The position numbers were made by a program, and so were the translations under genes. A stretch of DNA of 64,000 nt, from contig JAZKZO010000004.1 of assembly GCA_045612665.1 (NCBI GenBank), positions 1,418 through 65,417 of the forward strand, read 5' to 3'. The DNA comes from Eubacteriales bacterium. GTDB lineage: Bacteria > Bacillota > Clostridia > Oscillospirales > CAG-272. Shown here piece by piece: positions 37,198 to 47,673 of this stretch. Every line of letters starts with the position of its first letter. Within the stretch, counting starts at the first letter, position 1. Below the pieces are notes generated by a model. The model made no database searches and had not been told where the DNA came from. It was given only the letters and a program-made list of their open reading frames with translations.

Positions 37198-37230
37198 GAA
37201 AATACACTCTCGTTCGAGAGTGTATTTTTT
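37198..37230. terminator. Bidirectional terminator between convergent genes
   Basis: aaaatacactctc-gttc-gagagtgtattttttt. Confidence 0.7.
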
Positions 37231-38282
37231 TAATATCCAAATCCAAATACGTAGAATATCTTTTTAAGAAATGGCACCTTGTCGCAAAGAAAATCGACAA
37301 TCGGGCAAAGTATTGCATAAAAGAGAACTACGTTTATTCCAAGGCTCCACAAAATTATTACAGAGTCGTTAGAGGCAGATACCGTGGTGTTCCAAACAAG
37401 CTCTAAAAGGAATATGTAATGCGAGCACATAATCAATAGCGAGTGCCTTGAAAGTGAAGATGCAATCTTGCTATTTGGAAGTAGCGCGCACGATAACAAA
37501 AGCGAAATAGAAATTGTTAGAGCGAAGAATACGAAGTGATATATATTGTTGTAATCACCGTACAAAAGTGTAATAGGATTTTTATGATTAAGCTTGTCTA
37601 CTAAATAAATTGATATAAGGAAAAGACCTGCGCTTCCGTAAAGAAAATAGTTTTTATACGGATTTTCCTTGAAATTTACAATAAACTTGATGATGTCCTT
37701 GAAGAAATAGCCAAGGCACACAAATCCAAGGAGCATAATAAGATTTCTTGCTCCGAGGAAGTTGCTATACCCAAATGCCGTTATATTTACCTTGAAATGC
37801 ATAAGGCAAATAAATGATACAAGTGATGCACAGCCAAGACCGAGAACGGCAAATTTGTTTCCCTTAACTAGGTAAGCAAAGAGAGTAAATACTACACATA
37901 CAATGAAAATGGACGGTGCATACCAAAGCGCATCATTCCATACAGTCATTCCATCAAGGAAGAAAAACGACTTGAAAACCTGATTCCAATCGCGAAATCC
38001 TTGACGAACCGATATTATTCCCGAGATGAAGTGCCAAACAACGTATGGAACGAAAATTCTTGTACAAAGCCTTAAAAGCCTTTTGCCGAGCTCCCTTACA
38101 TTAGAAGGGGCTTGTGAAAGGAATCCACTGATAAATGCGAAAATCGGAACGTGGAAGGCGTAAAAAATAACCTTATAGGTGTTCCCACGGGGCAAGAAAT
38201 GCCCAATGCAAATTAAGGCTATGGCAATTGCCTTTGCCCAGTCAATATAAGAGAGTCTATTGTTTGCTTTTTGCAAATCCAT
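37230..38282 (-). CDS. Acyltransferase family 3 membrane O-acyltransferase
   Basis: 350 aa. LSYIDWAKAIAIALICIGHF N-terminal motif and about 10 TM helices. Confidence 0.8.
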   Translation of the reverse strand: MDLQKANNRLSYIDWAKAIAIALICIGHFLPRGNTYKVIFYAFHVPIFAFISGFLSQAPSNVRELGKRLLRLCTRIFVPYVVWHFISGIISVRQGFRDWNQVFKSFFFLDGMTVWNDALWYAPSIFIVCVVFTLFAYLVKGNKFAVLGLGCASLVSFICLMHFKVNITAFGYSNFLGARNLIMLLGFVCLGYFFKDIIKFIVNFKENPYKNYFLYGSAGLFLISIYLVDKLNHKNPITLLYGDYNNIYHFVFFALTISISLLLSCALLPNSKIASSLSRHSLLIMCSHYIFLLELVWNTTVSASNDSVIILWSLGINVVLFYAILCPIVDFLCDKVPFLKKIFYVFGFGY

Positions 38283-38314
38283 TTGTGGAGAAACTCCTTT
38301 CTGAAAATGATATT

Positions 38315-39565
38315 TTATCTATGCTCATCTAAAAATGCGGTGTATTTTTTGAACGCCAGGATTGCGAACAAAACTCCGACAAGACAAATGAATGCCCACG
38401 AAATAACGGTTGCACACCAACCAAGGTGCTTTGAAATAATTGCAATTCCGTACATTGAGCCGGCAGCACCTACGTATGTACAAGCGTTGCAAAAGCCACC
38501 GATGGTTGAGGCTCTACCCGAGCGCGCAAATCTTCCGGGCACGCAAGAGATTAAAAGGAAGTTGCACGAGTGCATACAAGCACATACAATTCCCGCAAGC
38601 AAAAGACAAATGATTCTGCAAGCAACGTAGTCGATATTTATCAAAATCGCAAGTGGAATGCAAAGCACAACGGAGAGGGCGAATAGAATTCCCGCACCTC
38701 TTACCTCATTGTTAAACACCTTGCCCTTGTGAATAATTCTTACTACAAATAAGCTGATAATAGAGAATATAGGAAGCGCAACGCTTACAAGAATTGACTC
38801 GGAGCTGTCGCGTCCAAACGCCTCGCTATAAAGAGTCGGAAGCCAAGATTCAATACCGTCGCGCATAAAGCCCATTGCAATAATGCAAAGGAAAATCAAA
38901 AGAACTCCCGAGCGCTTAAAGGTAACACTAAGAGGCGTATTATCGACACTTGTAGGGTTATTTTTACCGTCAATTACATCCTTTGGCTCGCTATCCTTTA
39001 AGATAAGGCACATTGCAAGAAGGAATATAGCGCCAACAACCACACAAAAGATTGTCGAAATAAAGAACACGCTCTTCCAAGACATAAAGGAAATACAAAT
39101 CGGCGCTAAAATGTATAAAACAATAGTTGATACGTGCGCACCGCAGGTTACAACGAGATTAGCGCTTACGTATTTTTCGTGGCTTAAATTGTCAGACAAA
39201 ATACGAACGATAGGTGGCCACAAAAGCGCCTGCGCAAAGCCGTTTACTGCCCACACGGGAATCATAAGATACTGATTTTGACAAAGTGGAAGCAAAAGAT
39301 TGCAAACAGCCGAAACCATAAGCCCCGAGAACATAAGATATTTCGGTGGAAGCTTGTCGCCCATATATCCGCTTATGAGCTGACCAAGACCGTAGAAAAC
39401 GAAAAGCGCAACGCCTATGTATCCTGCAACCTCTCTTTGCACAACGCCCTTGTCAAGCATCTCAACCATTACAACGGCAAAGGTTTTTCTTGAAAAATAG
39501 CTTGCAAAATAGGCGATAGTGCACATTAAAACTATTCCGTTTTTGGAATAGCGACTCTTTAACAT
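38315..39565 (-). CDS. MFS-family transporter
   Basis: 416 aa, 12 predicted TM helices, G-x-x-x-D-K/R-type loop (GYMGDKLPPKY). Confidence 0.8.
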   Translation of the reverse strand: MLKSRYSKNGIVLMCTIAYFASYFSRKTFAVVMVEMLDKGVVQREVAGYIGVALFVFYGLGQLISGYMGDKLPPKYLMFSGLMVSAVCNLLLPLCQNQYLMIPVWAVNGFAQALLWPPIVRILSDNLSHEKYVSANLVVTCGAHVSTIVLYILAPICISFMSWKSVFFISTIFCVVVGAIFLLAMCLILKDSEPKDVIDGKNNPTSVDNTPLSVTFKRSGVLLIFLCIIAMGFMRDGIESWLPTLYSEAFGRDSSESILVSVALPIFSIISLFVVRIIHKGKVFNNEVRGAGILFALSVVLCIPLAILINIDYVACRIICLLLAGIVCACMHSCNFLLISCVPGRFARSGRASTIGGFCNACTYVGAAGSMYGIAIISKHLGWCATVISWAFICLVGVLFAILAFKKYTAFLDEHR

Positions 39566-39642
39566 AGTAATATCTCCAAATAAAGTATTTAATAATATAA
39601 CATATGAATATTAACACAAAAAATTCTTAAAATCAATAGATT

Positions 39643-39675
39643 AAAGAAAAAACGGCAAATTTTAATTTGCCGTTT
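39643..39675 (-). terminator. Rho-independent terminator after valS
   Basis: Minus strand: aaacggcaaat-taaa-atttgccgttt followed by ttttctttaa. Confidence 0.7.
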
Positions 39676-39682
39676 AATTTTA

Positions 39683-42307
39683 TTAAAGGGAAGCGAGTGC
39701 GTCAACAACACCTTGCTTTGTGCTTTCGTACTTTGCAAGCTTTTCCTTTTCAAGCGCTACAACCTTCTCGGGCGCCTTCTTAACAAACTCCTCGTTTGAA
39801 AGCTTCTTTACAAGACGGTCGATTTCGCCTTGAACCTTTGCAAGCTCACTGTTAAGGCGTGCCTTTTCCTTCTCGGTGTCAACCATTTCAGCCATAGGAA
39901 TATAAACAGTACCTGCGTGAGTGATAATTTGAACTGCACCGTCGCCATTGTATTCGTCAAGCACCTCAACCTCGGAAGCACTTGCAAGCGCCTTGAAGAA
40001 GTCGTAGGTAGCCTCGGTAAAGGACTCCTTATACGGAGTTGTGATAATAACCTTTGCCTTTCTTGACGGTGGAACGTTCATTTCGCTTCTGCGTGCTCTT
40101 ATCGCATCAATTACGGCGATAACTCTTTCCATGTGCTCACATTCGGCGCTAAAATCAAATGCATCATTTGCGCTTGGATATGTGGAAATCATAATGCTCT
40201 CACAGTCCTCAAAGTGTGGAAGCGACTGATAAATTTCCTCTGTGATAAATGGAATGAATGGATGCAAAAGCTTCAAAATTGCCTCAAGAACATAAATAAT
40301 TACATTCTGTGAAACCTTGTTTTGCTCCGTGCCCTTAGCCATAAATGCAGGCTTTGAAAGCTCGATATACCAGCTACAGAATACATCCCAAACGAACTTA
40401 TAAAGCTCGTCAAGGGCAATTCCAAGCTCGTATGAGTCAATTTGTGTGCGTACGTTCTTGATAAGAGCATTAAGCTTGCTCAAAATCCACTTGTCAGCAA
40501 GTCCAAGCTTGTCGCTTGAGGGAAGCTCAACCTTCTCAATATCAATGTTCATCATAACAAAGCGAGAAGCGTTCCAAAGCTTGTTAACAAAGTTACGCGC
40601 GCTTTCAATCTTTTCGTCAGAGAAGCGCATATCGTTTCCAGGCGAGTTACCTGTTGCAAGTGCAAAGCGAAGCGCGTCAGCACCGTATTTTTCAATTATA
40701 AGAAGTGGATCAATTCCGTTACCGAGCGATTTTGACATCTTTCTGCCGAGCGCATCACGAACAAGACCGTGAATAAGAACGGTGTCAAATGGCTTTTCGC
40801 CCATATATTCAAGACCTGAGAATATCATTCTTGATACCCAGAAGGTGATAATATCGTAACCGGTTACAAGAGTGTTTGTAGGATAGAAGTATTTAAGATC
40901 CTCGGTTTCGTTTGGCCAACCAAGTGTCGAGAAAGGCCAAAGTGCACTTGAAAACCAGGTGTCAAGAGTGTCAGGGTCCTGACGCATTTCCTTGCCACAT
41001 TTTGGACAGGTAGCGCGTCCGTCCTTTGTTACAACAACCTCACCGCAGTCATCACAGTAGAACGCAGGAATTCTGTGTCCCCACCAAAGCTGACGGGAGA
41101 TACACCAGTCGCGGATGTTTTCCATCCAGTGGAAGTAGTTTTTATCAAAGCGCTCGGGAACGAACTTGATTTCGCCTGAGCGAACAGCGTCAATTGCAGG
41201 CTTTGCAAGAGGCTCCATCTTAACAAACCATTGAAGCGAAACTCTTGGCTCAACGGTTGTGCCACAACGGTAGCAAGTGCCTACGTTGTGTGCGTAATCC
41301 TCAACCTTGATAAGATATCCAAGCTTGTCGAGGTCGGCAACGATAGCCTTTCTTGCCTCGAAACGGTCCATACCGGCATAAGCAGGATAGTCCTCGGTAA
41401 TCTTCGCATCGTCAGTCATTACGTTGATGATAGGAAGATTGTGTCTTCTTCCAACCTCAAAGTCGTTAGGGTCGTGTGCAGGAGTGATTTTAACAACACC
41501 TGTACCGAAATCCATCTCAACATACTCGTCGGCAACAACAGGAATTTCACGGTTTACCAAAGGAATAATAAGAGTTTTACCGATAAGGTCCTTGTATCTT
41601 TCGTCCTTGGGATTTACGGCAACGGCAGTATCACCGAGCATAGTTTCGGGACGAGTGGTTGCAAATTCAAGATAACCGCTTCCGTCCTTGAGTGGATACT
41701 TAATGTGCCAAAAATGTCCTGCCTGCTCCTCGTACTCAACCTCAGCATCGGAAATAGAGGTAAGACAGTGAGGACACCAGTTGATAATTCTTTCGCCACG
41801 GTAGATAAGTCCCTTGTTGTAAAGGCGAACAAATACCTCTTTAACAGCCTCTGAACAGCCCTCGTCCATAGTAAAGCGCTCTCTTGACCAGTCGCAGGAT
41901 GAGCCAAGCTTTTTAAGCTGAGAGATAATTCTTCCGCCGTATTGCTCCTTCCAAGCCCAAGCTCTTTCAAGGAAGCCATCACGGCCGATATCGTCCTTTG
42001 AAATGCCTTCCTTACGCATAGCCTCAACAATCTTTGCCTCGGTTGCAATAGATGCGTGGTCTGTGCCGGGAAGCCAAAGCGTGCAATATCCGTTCATTCT
42101 CTTATAACGAATGAGAATGTCTTGAAGAGTATTGTCAAGGGCATGTCCCATATGGAGCTGACCTGTAATGTTTGGCGGTGGAATAACAATAGAGAAGTGA
42201 GGCTTAGAATGGTCGATTACAGGAGTGAAATATTTCTTTTCACACCATCCGTCGTAAATTCTTTGCTCAAATTCACTAGGTGAATAGGTTTTAGCAAGCT
42301 CTTTCAT
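39683..42307 (-). CDS. valS: Valine--tRNA ligase
   Basis: 874 aa. HMGH ([14 protein letters not shown]) and KMSKS motifs, editing domain, C-terminal coiled coil. Confidence 0.95.
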   Translation of the reverse strand: MKELAKTYSPSEFEQRIYDGWCEKKYFTPVIDHSKPHFSIVIPPPNITGQLHMGHALDNTLQDILIRYKRMNGYCTLWLPGTDHASIATEAKIVEAMRKEGISKDDIGRDGFLERAWAWKEQYGGRIISQLKKLGSSCDWSRERFTMDEGCSEAVKEVFVRLYNKGLIYRGERIINWCPHCLTSISDAEVEYEEQAGHFWHIKYPLKDGSGYLEFATTRPETMLGDTAVAVNPKDERYKDLIGKTLIIPLVNREIPVVADEYVEMDFGTGVVKITPAHDPNDFEVGRRHNLPIINVMTDDAKITEDYPAYAGMDRFEARKAIVADLDKLGYLIKVEDYAHNVGTCYRCGTTVEPRVSLQWFVKMEPLAKPAIDAVRSGEIKFVPERFDKNYFHWMENIRDWCISRQLWWGHRIPAFYCDDCGEVVVTKDGRATCPKCGKEMRQDPDTLDTWFSSALWPFSTLGWPNETEDLKYFYPTNTLVTGYDIITFWVSRMIFSGLEYMGEKPFDTVLIHGLVRDALGRKMSKSLGNGIDPLLIIEKYGADALRFALATGNSPGNDMRFSDEKIESARNFVNKLWNASRFVMMNIDIEKVELPSSDKLGLADKWILSKLNALIKNVRTQIDSYELGIALDELYKFVWDVFCSWYIELSKPAFMAKGTEQNKVSQNVIIYVLEAILKLLHPFIPFITEEIYQSLPHFEDCESIMISTYPSANDAFDFSAECEHMERVIAVIDAIRARRSEMNVPPSRKAKVIITTPYKESFTEATYDFFKALASASEVEVLDEYNGDGAVQIITHAGTVYIPMAEMVDTEKEKARLNSELAKVQGEIDRLVKKLSNEEFVKKAPEKVVALEKEKLAKYESTKQGVVDALASL

Positions 42308-42335
42308 AAAAATCTCCTTGAAGATAAAATTAACA

Positions 42336-42591
42336 AAATAAAAAGCACCCCGAAAAAATCAGGGTGCAAAAATACACGGTACCACCTGAATTCGTATCAA
42401 AGATACGCACTCAATGCCTTTAACGCAGACATACGCACAGGCTACTAAGCTCACCCGTGATGCTCCAAAGCTACCTTCATCTCCCATACCTACCGTTTCA
42501 CACCAACCACGGCTCTCTTTGAGGAAGCGGGGAAATTACTCCTCTTTTTCATAGCAACTGTATTTTAACACAAATCATCGCCCTTTGTCAA
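42336..42591 (-). promoter_or_regulatory. T-box leader (Val) with its promoter and terminator/antiterminator
   Basis: Minus strand. Promoter TTGACA-17-TgTTAAAAT. Stem I AGAGAG and GGTGtgAAA motifs. Specifier region gaaGGTAGc. T-box sequence AATTCAGGTGGTACCGTG. Terminator gcaccc-tgattttttc-ggggtgc plus a T-run. Confidence 0.85.
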
Positions 42592-42606
42592 TATATAAAT
42601 TAAAAT

Positions 42607-42637
42607 AAAAGGCAAATGCACGCGCATTTGCCCTTTT
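42607..42637 (-). terminator. Rho-independent terminator after the GH43 gene
   Basis: Minus strand: agggcaaatgc-gcgt-gcatttgcct followed by tttatttt. Confidence 0.65.
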
Positions 42638-42639
42638 GA

Positions 42640-44100
42640 TTATTCAAAAAATACCTCAATAATGTCAATCGCGCCCTCGCCCTCGTATTTGAAATACAAG
42701 GCGCTTTTGCCCGAAATATTGACACAGGTATGTGCGTTTTTCCAGCTTTGGCTATCGTTTATTGCAATTTCGGAGGTAGGAGCGCCCTTTTCCTCGGTCA
42801 GTATTTTAAGAGTGCCGTTTGGCACAATATCGCCCGAGCGATATTTAACTCCTACGGTTGTTTTGCCCTTGAAATCAAAGTATTTGTAGCCGAAAAGCGA
42901 GCCGCTTTCAATTTCCGAAAGAAATCTTTCGTCATTTTTGCAAATTATATGTGGAAGTCTTTCGCCCTTGCACTCTCCATAGTGAAGCTTGTAATTTGTA
43001 AGCGCACAGCAAATAATCGCAGGATAAGCGCCCTCGGCCTTAAGAGGGCCACCGTTAAGACCGCACGAGGTAATCTCGACCTGTTCGATTTTGCCGTCCT
43101 GTGAAATCTTGATTTTCTCGGCACACGCCTGCCTTGAAAGCTCGGTTTTAGCCGTGTGTCTATGGTAGAAAATGTACCACTCACCGTTTATTTCTATAAT
43201 GCTTCCGTGATTGTTTCCAACACGCATTATTTGGTCCTCGGTTTTTCTTCCGTTAAGACCGATATCGCCGTTTGAAACTATAACACCGCCAAAGGTAAAG
43301 TCCTTGTCGGGAAAGTCGCTTGTCGCATACGCAAGCTCGTGTCCGTTAAAGGTTGAATAAACGAAATAATACTTGTCGCCCACCTTGCGCATTGAGCTAG
43401 CCTCAAAGAACTCGTGCCCCTCAAAGCTCGTTCCACGAAAATCACGTGGCAAAATCCTTACAGGCTCGCCCTTTACCGTTAGCATATCGTCGCAAAGCTC
43501 AATATGGAACGGACCCATAACACCGTCGCGCGCGCCCTCAATCTCCTCGCGACTCTTTTTAAAGGTGGACATTTGCCTTTTAATGCTTTCCTCACCCTCA
43601 AAATCGCGCTCGAAATTCCACCACATTCCGTAGTAAAGACGGATAACACCGTTATCATTTATAACACCTGGGTCGAAGATAACGCCATCACTAAAAACCG
43701 TTCCGTCGCTCTTTTTTAGGTGTCCGTGAAACTTAAATTCTCCCGACGGTGTGTCGCAAACTGCCACGCTCATAACATAAGAGCAGTTTGGATAGTCGTT
43801 AGCTAGAGAATAGAAAAGGTAATATCTTCCGTCATTTCCCTTAACCACGTCGGGCGCAAACATATACTTATATTCGGGATAAAGTGGGTCGCTTGACGCG
43901 CGATAAATCACTCCCTCGTATCTCCAAGATGTGAGGTCGTCAACGCTTGCCGAATACGTAACGTAGTCAAGCATACAAAAATGGTCGCCGTTTTCCTTAT
44001 CGTGCGAGCCGTAAACGTAAGCTCTGTCGTCAAAAACGTGAGGCTCCCCGTCGGGAACGTATTCGTTAAGTGGCAAATACGGATTAAATACCTGTCCCAT
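42640..44100 (-). CDS. Glycoside hydrolase family 43 enzyme (beta-xylosidase / alpha-L-arabinofuranosidase type)
   Basis: 486 aa. N-terminal NPYLPLNEYVPDGEPHVFDDRAYVYGSHD and later FAPD, EAS motifs typical of five-bladed-propeller GH43. Confidence 0.8.
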   Translation of the reverse strand: MGQVFNPYLPLNEYVPDGEPHVFDDRAYVYGSHDKENGDHFCMLDYVTYSASVDDLTSWRYEGVIYRASSDPLYPEYKYMFAPDVVKGNDGRYYLFYSLANDYPNCSYVMSVAVCDTPSGEFKFHGHLKKSDGTVFSDGVIFDPGVINDNGVIRLYYGMWWNFERDFEGEESIKRQMSTFKKSREEIEGARDGVMGPFHIELCDDMLTVKGEPVRILPRDFRGTSFEGHEFFEASSMRKVGDKYYFVYSTFNGHELAYATSDFPDKDFTFGGVIVSNGDIGLNGRKTEDQIMRVGNNHGSIIEINGEWYIFYHRHTAKTELSRQACAEKIKISQDGKIEQVEITSCGLNGGPLKAEGAYPAIICCALTNYKLHYGECKGERLPHIICKNDERFLSEIESGSLFGYKYFDFKGKTTVGVKYRSGDIVPNGTLKILTEEKGAPTSEIAINDSQSWKNAHTCVNISGKSALYFKYEGEGAIDIIEVFFE

Positions 44101-44244
44101 AAAAATCTCCTTTGAAAATTACTGACTTAATTTTACCATATATGAACCCTTAAATCAACGAAATTTTTAAAATTTCATTGACTAAGCATATTAAATATGT
44201 TAAAATGTTTATATATTATTCGTTAAAAACGAGAGGAGATAGCT

Positions 44245-45669
44245 ATGGCTAAAACAGTTCAGGACATTTTAAATCTTATTAAGGAAAAGGATATTAAGAT
44301 GGTTGACTTCAAAATGGTTGACATCAACGGTCAGTACAGACACGTTACCATCCCTGCCCAAAACTTTTCCGAGGACACAATGAAGAGCGGTATCGGCTTT
44401 GACGCATCTAACTACGGTTATGCAGTAGTTGAGAAGAGCGACATGGTGTTTATTCCCGATCCCGACACAGCCCTCATTGACCCATTCTGCGAAATCCCAA
44501 CTCTTACAATGACAGGAAATGCGATGATTATCGACAATCCCGAGAACCGTCCACTTCCACAGTATCCAAGAAATATCGTTCTTGCTGCCGAGAAATATAT
44601 GAACGACCTCGGTATCGCTGACACAATGCTCATTTTGCCTGAGTTCGAATTCTATCTTTTCGACCAAGTTGGTTGGGAGGTTAGCGGTAAGAATATCAGC
44701 GCAAGCGTTGATGCTAACCAGTCATATTGGAATAGCGCAACAGAGGGCAAGGGCGTTGTAGTTGCAAAGCAAAAGAACTACCATATTGCAAAGCCGTTTG
44801 ACACCTCATACGAGTGCCGTAGCGAAATGTGCCTACATATGAAGGATGCAGGTATCGAAATCAACTATCATCACCCTGAGGTTGCAGCATCAGGACAGTT
44901 TGAAATCGAGCCACAGCTCGGTAAGATGTCAGAGATGGCTGACGCAACAATGATGATTAAGTATATCATTCACAACACTGCTCTTAAGTATGGCAAGACA
45001 GCAACCTTTATGCCAAAGCCTATTTATGGCGAGGCAGGAAGCGGAATGCACGTTCATATGCTTCTTTTGAAGAACGGTGAGCCTGTATTCTCAAAGGATG
45101 GCGCATATGCTAACCTTAGCGAAACAGCACATTACTTTATGGGCGGACTTTTGAAGCATATCGCATCACTTTGCGCTATCACTAACCCAAGCACAAACTC
45201 CTTTAAGCGTCTTGTTCCGGGCTTTGAAGCACCTGTTACAGTTGGATACGCAACATCTAACCGTAGTGCAGTTATCCGTATCCCTGCATACGCAAAAACT
45301 CCTAACAAGCGTCGCTTTGAGCTTCGTAACCCTGATGCAACCTGTAACCCATATTTCTGCTATGCAGCAATTCTTATGGCAGGTCTTGACGGTGTTATCA
45401 ATAAGATTGACCCACACGCAAACGGTTGGGGACCTTACGACTTTAACCTCTATCACCTAAGCGATGAGGAGAAGGCAAAGCTTAGCCACTTGCCAGTTTC
45501 TCTTGACGAGGCACTTGATGCACTTGAGGCTGACCACGATTACCTCACCGCAGGCGGAGTATTCCCTGAGGAGCTTCTTAAGAACTTCATTAAGACAAAG
45601 AGAGCAGAATGCAGTGAGCTTTCAAAGATTCCTCACCCAGCAGAATTCGACAAATATTATAACCTCTAA
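44245..45669 (+). CDS. glnA: Glutamine synthetase (type I)
   Basis: 474 aa. N-terminal beta-grasp region (VDFKMVDINGQYRHVTIP), and the GSGMHVHMLL, NPSTNSFKRLVPGFEAP, FELRNPDATCNPY motifs. Confidence 0.92.
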   Translation: MAKTVQDILNLIKEKDIKMVDFKMVDINGQYRHVTIPAQNFSEDTMKSGIGFDASNYGYAVVEKSDMVFIPDPDTALIDPFCEIPTLTMTGNAMIIDNPENRPLPQYPRNIVLAAEKYMNDLGIADTMLILPEFEFYLFDQVGWEVSGKNISASVDANQSYWNSATEGKGVVVAKQKNYHIAKPFDTSYECRSEMCLHMKDAGIEINYHHPEVAASGQFEIEPQLGKMSEMADATMMIKYIIHNTALKYGKTATFMPKPIYGEAGSGMHVHMLLLKNGEPVFSKDGAYANLSETAHYFMGGLLKHIASLCAITNPSTNSFKRLVPGFEAPVTVGYATSNRSAVIRIPAYAKTPNKRRFELRNPDATCNPYFCYAAILMAGLDGVINKIDPHANGWGPYDFNLYHLSDEEKAKLSHLPVSLDEALDALEADHDYLTAGGVFPEELLKNFIKTKRAECSELSKIPHPAEFDKYYNL

Positions 45670-45673
45670 AAAT

Positions 45674-45698
45674 AAAGGGCACGAGAGTGCCCTTTTTT
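45674..45698 (+). terminator. Rho-independent terminator after glnA
   Basis: aaagggcac-gaga-gtgcccttt followed by ttt. Confidence 0.75.
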
Positions 45699-45753
45699 CT
45701 TGACAATAGCATTCTAAAATAGTATAATTGTATGCAGTGAAAGGGGGAGTGTT

Positions 45754-47646
45754 ATGCTATACCAAATCAAAAACGGCGCGTACGAAATAGGCGTAAATAG
45801 AATTCTTGATAAAATTGACTTTGAAATTCGCGATAGCGAGAAAATAGCAATAGTCGGCCGTAACGGCTGTGGCAAAACAACTCTTCTTAAAATCATTTTA
45901 GGTGAGCTTGAAATTGACAAAAACGGAGAGGACACTCAAATTATAAAGAGTGGTAAATTGAATATCGGTTGCCTTAGCCAAGGCGCGTTTTCAAGCCTTG
46001 ATAAAACCGTTGACGAGGAAATGAAGGAGGTTTTTGCAAGCATTCTTGCCAAAAAGCAAAGAATGGACGAAATCCTTGAGAAAATGCAATCCTCAACTGA
46101 TATAAGACTAATAGACGAATTCAACCGCTTGCAGTCTGAATTTGAGGCACAGGACGGCTATTTTTACGAAAAGGAATATAATCTTTTGCTCTCAAAATTC
46201 GGATTTGATTCAAGTGATAAGTCGCGCCCCCTGTCGTCCTTTTCGGGCGGTCAGCTAACCAAGCTCGCGTTTGTAAAGCTTCTTTTAGAGCGCCCCGATG
46301 TCTTGCTCCTTGACGAGCCAACAAACCACCTTGATATTACAACTCTCGAGTGGCTTGAGGAATACCTGAAAAGCTACAAAAAGGCGGTTGTTGTCGTATC
46401 ACACGATAGAATGTTTATTGACAAAATTGCCGATGTTGTGTATGAAATTGAGCACGGTGTAACGAAAAGATATGTCGGAAACTATTCGTCCTTTGTAAAG
46501 CAAAAGGAAGAAAATTACGAAAGAGAATTGAAGGCTTACGAAAGACAACAGGCGGAAATTCACCGTCTTGAAGCCTTGATTGAGCGCTTTCGTGATACTC
46601 CAACCAAGGTGTCGATGACCGACTCTAAAATGAAGCAAATAGAGCATATGGATAAATTGGAAGCACCAAAGCGCTTCGATACCAAAAGCTTTAAGGCGTC
46701 ATTTGTGCCAAATCGCGACACAGGTAAGGACGTTTTGACTGTAAATAACCTCAAAATAGGCTACGGCACGCCTCTTGCAACCGTGTCCTTTAAGCAATAC
46801 AAAAAGCAACGCCTTGGCGTTATCGGTGGAAACGGACTTGGCAAATCAACCCTTCTTAAAACTCTCGTTGGCACACTTCCAAGCCTTGGTGGTAGCTTTA
46901 TGCTTGGGCATCAGGTTGATATAGGATATTTCGATCAGCAAATGATGCAAAGAACCTCGTCGGGCACTGTCCTTGATGAGCTTTGGAATGAATTTCCGAG
47001 GCTTAGTGAAACCGAGGCAAGAGGCGCACTCGGTGCATTTATGTTCACAGGGGACGACGTTTTTAAAAATGTAAACGACCTTTCGGGTGGAGAGCGCGTA
47101 AGGCTTGCCCTTGCAAAAATTTTACAGGCAAAGCCGAATTTCTTGATTCTTGACGAGCCTACAAACCATATGGATATGATAGGCAAGGAAACGCTTGAGG
47201 ATATGCTTGATAGCTTTGAGGGCACAATTCTCTTTGTATCTCACGATAGATATTTTGTCAAGAAAATCGCTGACTCCCTAATCGTTTTTGACCAAAACGG
47301 AGCAACCTATTTGCCCTATACCTATGATGAATATTTGAGATATCGCGACACACTCGACACAAAGCCGACTGTACAGGCAAGGGCAGAGGTTGAGGTTAAA
47401 AAGGGTAAGGACGATTATAATCGCTCAAAGGAGATTGCCAAAAAGCAAAGAAGGCTTGCAAAGGTCGCACAGCTAATTGAGGAAACGGAGAGCGCAATTG
47501 ACGAAAGGTCGAAGGAGCTTTCTCTTGAAGAAAACCAAAGCGACTATGAGAAGCTATGCCGAATTTCAAACGAAATCGAGGAGCTTGAAAACCAACTCCT
47601 AGAGCTTTTAGAGGAAAGCGAACAGCTTGAAAACGAACTAAAATAA
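45754..47646 (+). CDS. ABC-F family ATPase with C-terminal coiled-coil extension (Uup-like)
   Basis: 630 aa. Two cassettes (GRNGCGKTT, GGNGLGKST; LSGGQ/LSGGER) and an acidic coiled-coil tail. Confidence 0.85.
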   Translation: MLYQIKNGAYEIGVNRILDKIDFEIRDSEKIAIVGRNGCGKTTLLKIILGELEIDKNGEDTQIIKSGKLNIGCLSQGAFSSLDKTVDEEMKEVFASILAKKQRMDEILEKMQSSTDIRLIDEFNRLQSEFEAQDGYFYEKEYNLLLSKFGFDSSDKSRPLSSFSGGQLTKLAFVKLLLERPDVLLLDEPTNHLDITTLEWLEEYLKSYKKAVVVVSHDRMFIDKIADVVYEIEHGVTKRYVGNYSSFVKQKEENYERELKAYERQQAEIHRLEALIERFRDTPTKVSMTDSKMKQIEHMDKLEAPKRFDTKSFKASFVPNRDTGKDVLTVNNLKIGYGTPLATVSFKQYKKQRLGVIGGNGLGKSTLLKTLVGTLPSLGGSFMLGHQVDIGYFDQQMMQRTSSGTVLDELWNEFPRLSETEARGALGAFMFTGDDVFKNVNDLSGGERVRLALAKILQAKPNFLILDEPTNHMDMIGKETLEDMLDSFEGTILFVSHDRYFVKKIADSLIVFDQNGATYLPYTYDEYLRYRDTLDTKPTVQARAEVEVKKGKDDYNRSKEIAKKQRRLAKVAQLIEETESAIDERSKELSLEENQSDYEKLCRISNEIEELENQLLELLEESEQLENELK

Positions 47647-47671
47647 AAACCGCTCTTTCGAGCGGTTTTTT
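47645..47671. terminator. Bidirectional terminator between convergent genes
   Basis: aaaaccgctc-tttc-gagcggtttttt. Confidence 0.7.
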
Positions 47672-47673
47672 GA

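Noticed and set aside
44160-44176. Perfect 17-bp AT palindrome GAAATTTTTAAAATTTC abutting the glnA -35 box, considered as a GlnR/TnrA box or a glnA RNA motif.
   Set aside because: It does not match TGTNA-N7-TNACA. It is pure A/T and could equally be an UP element. No glutamine-riboswitch-like structure is evident in the short 5-prime UTR.
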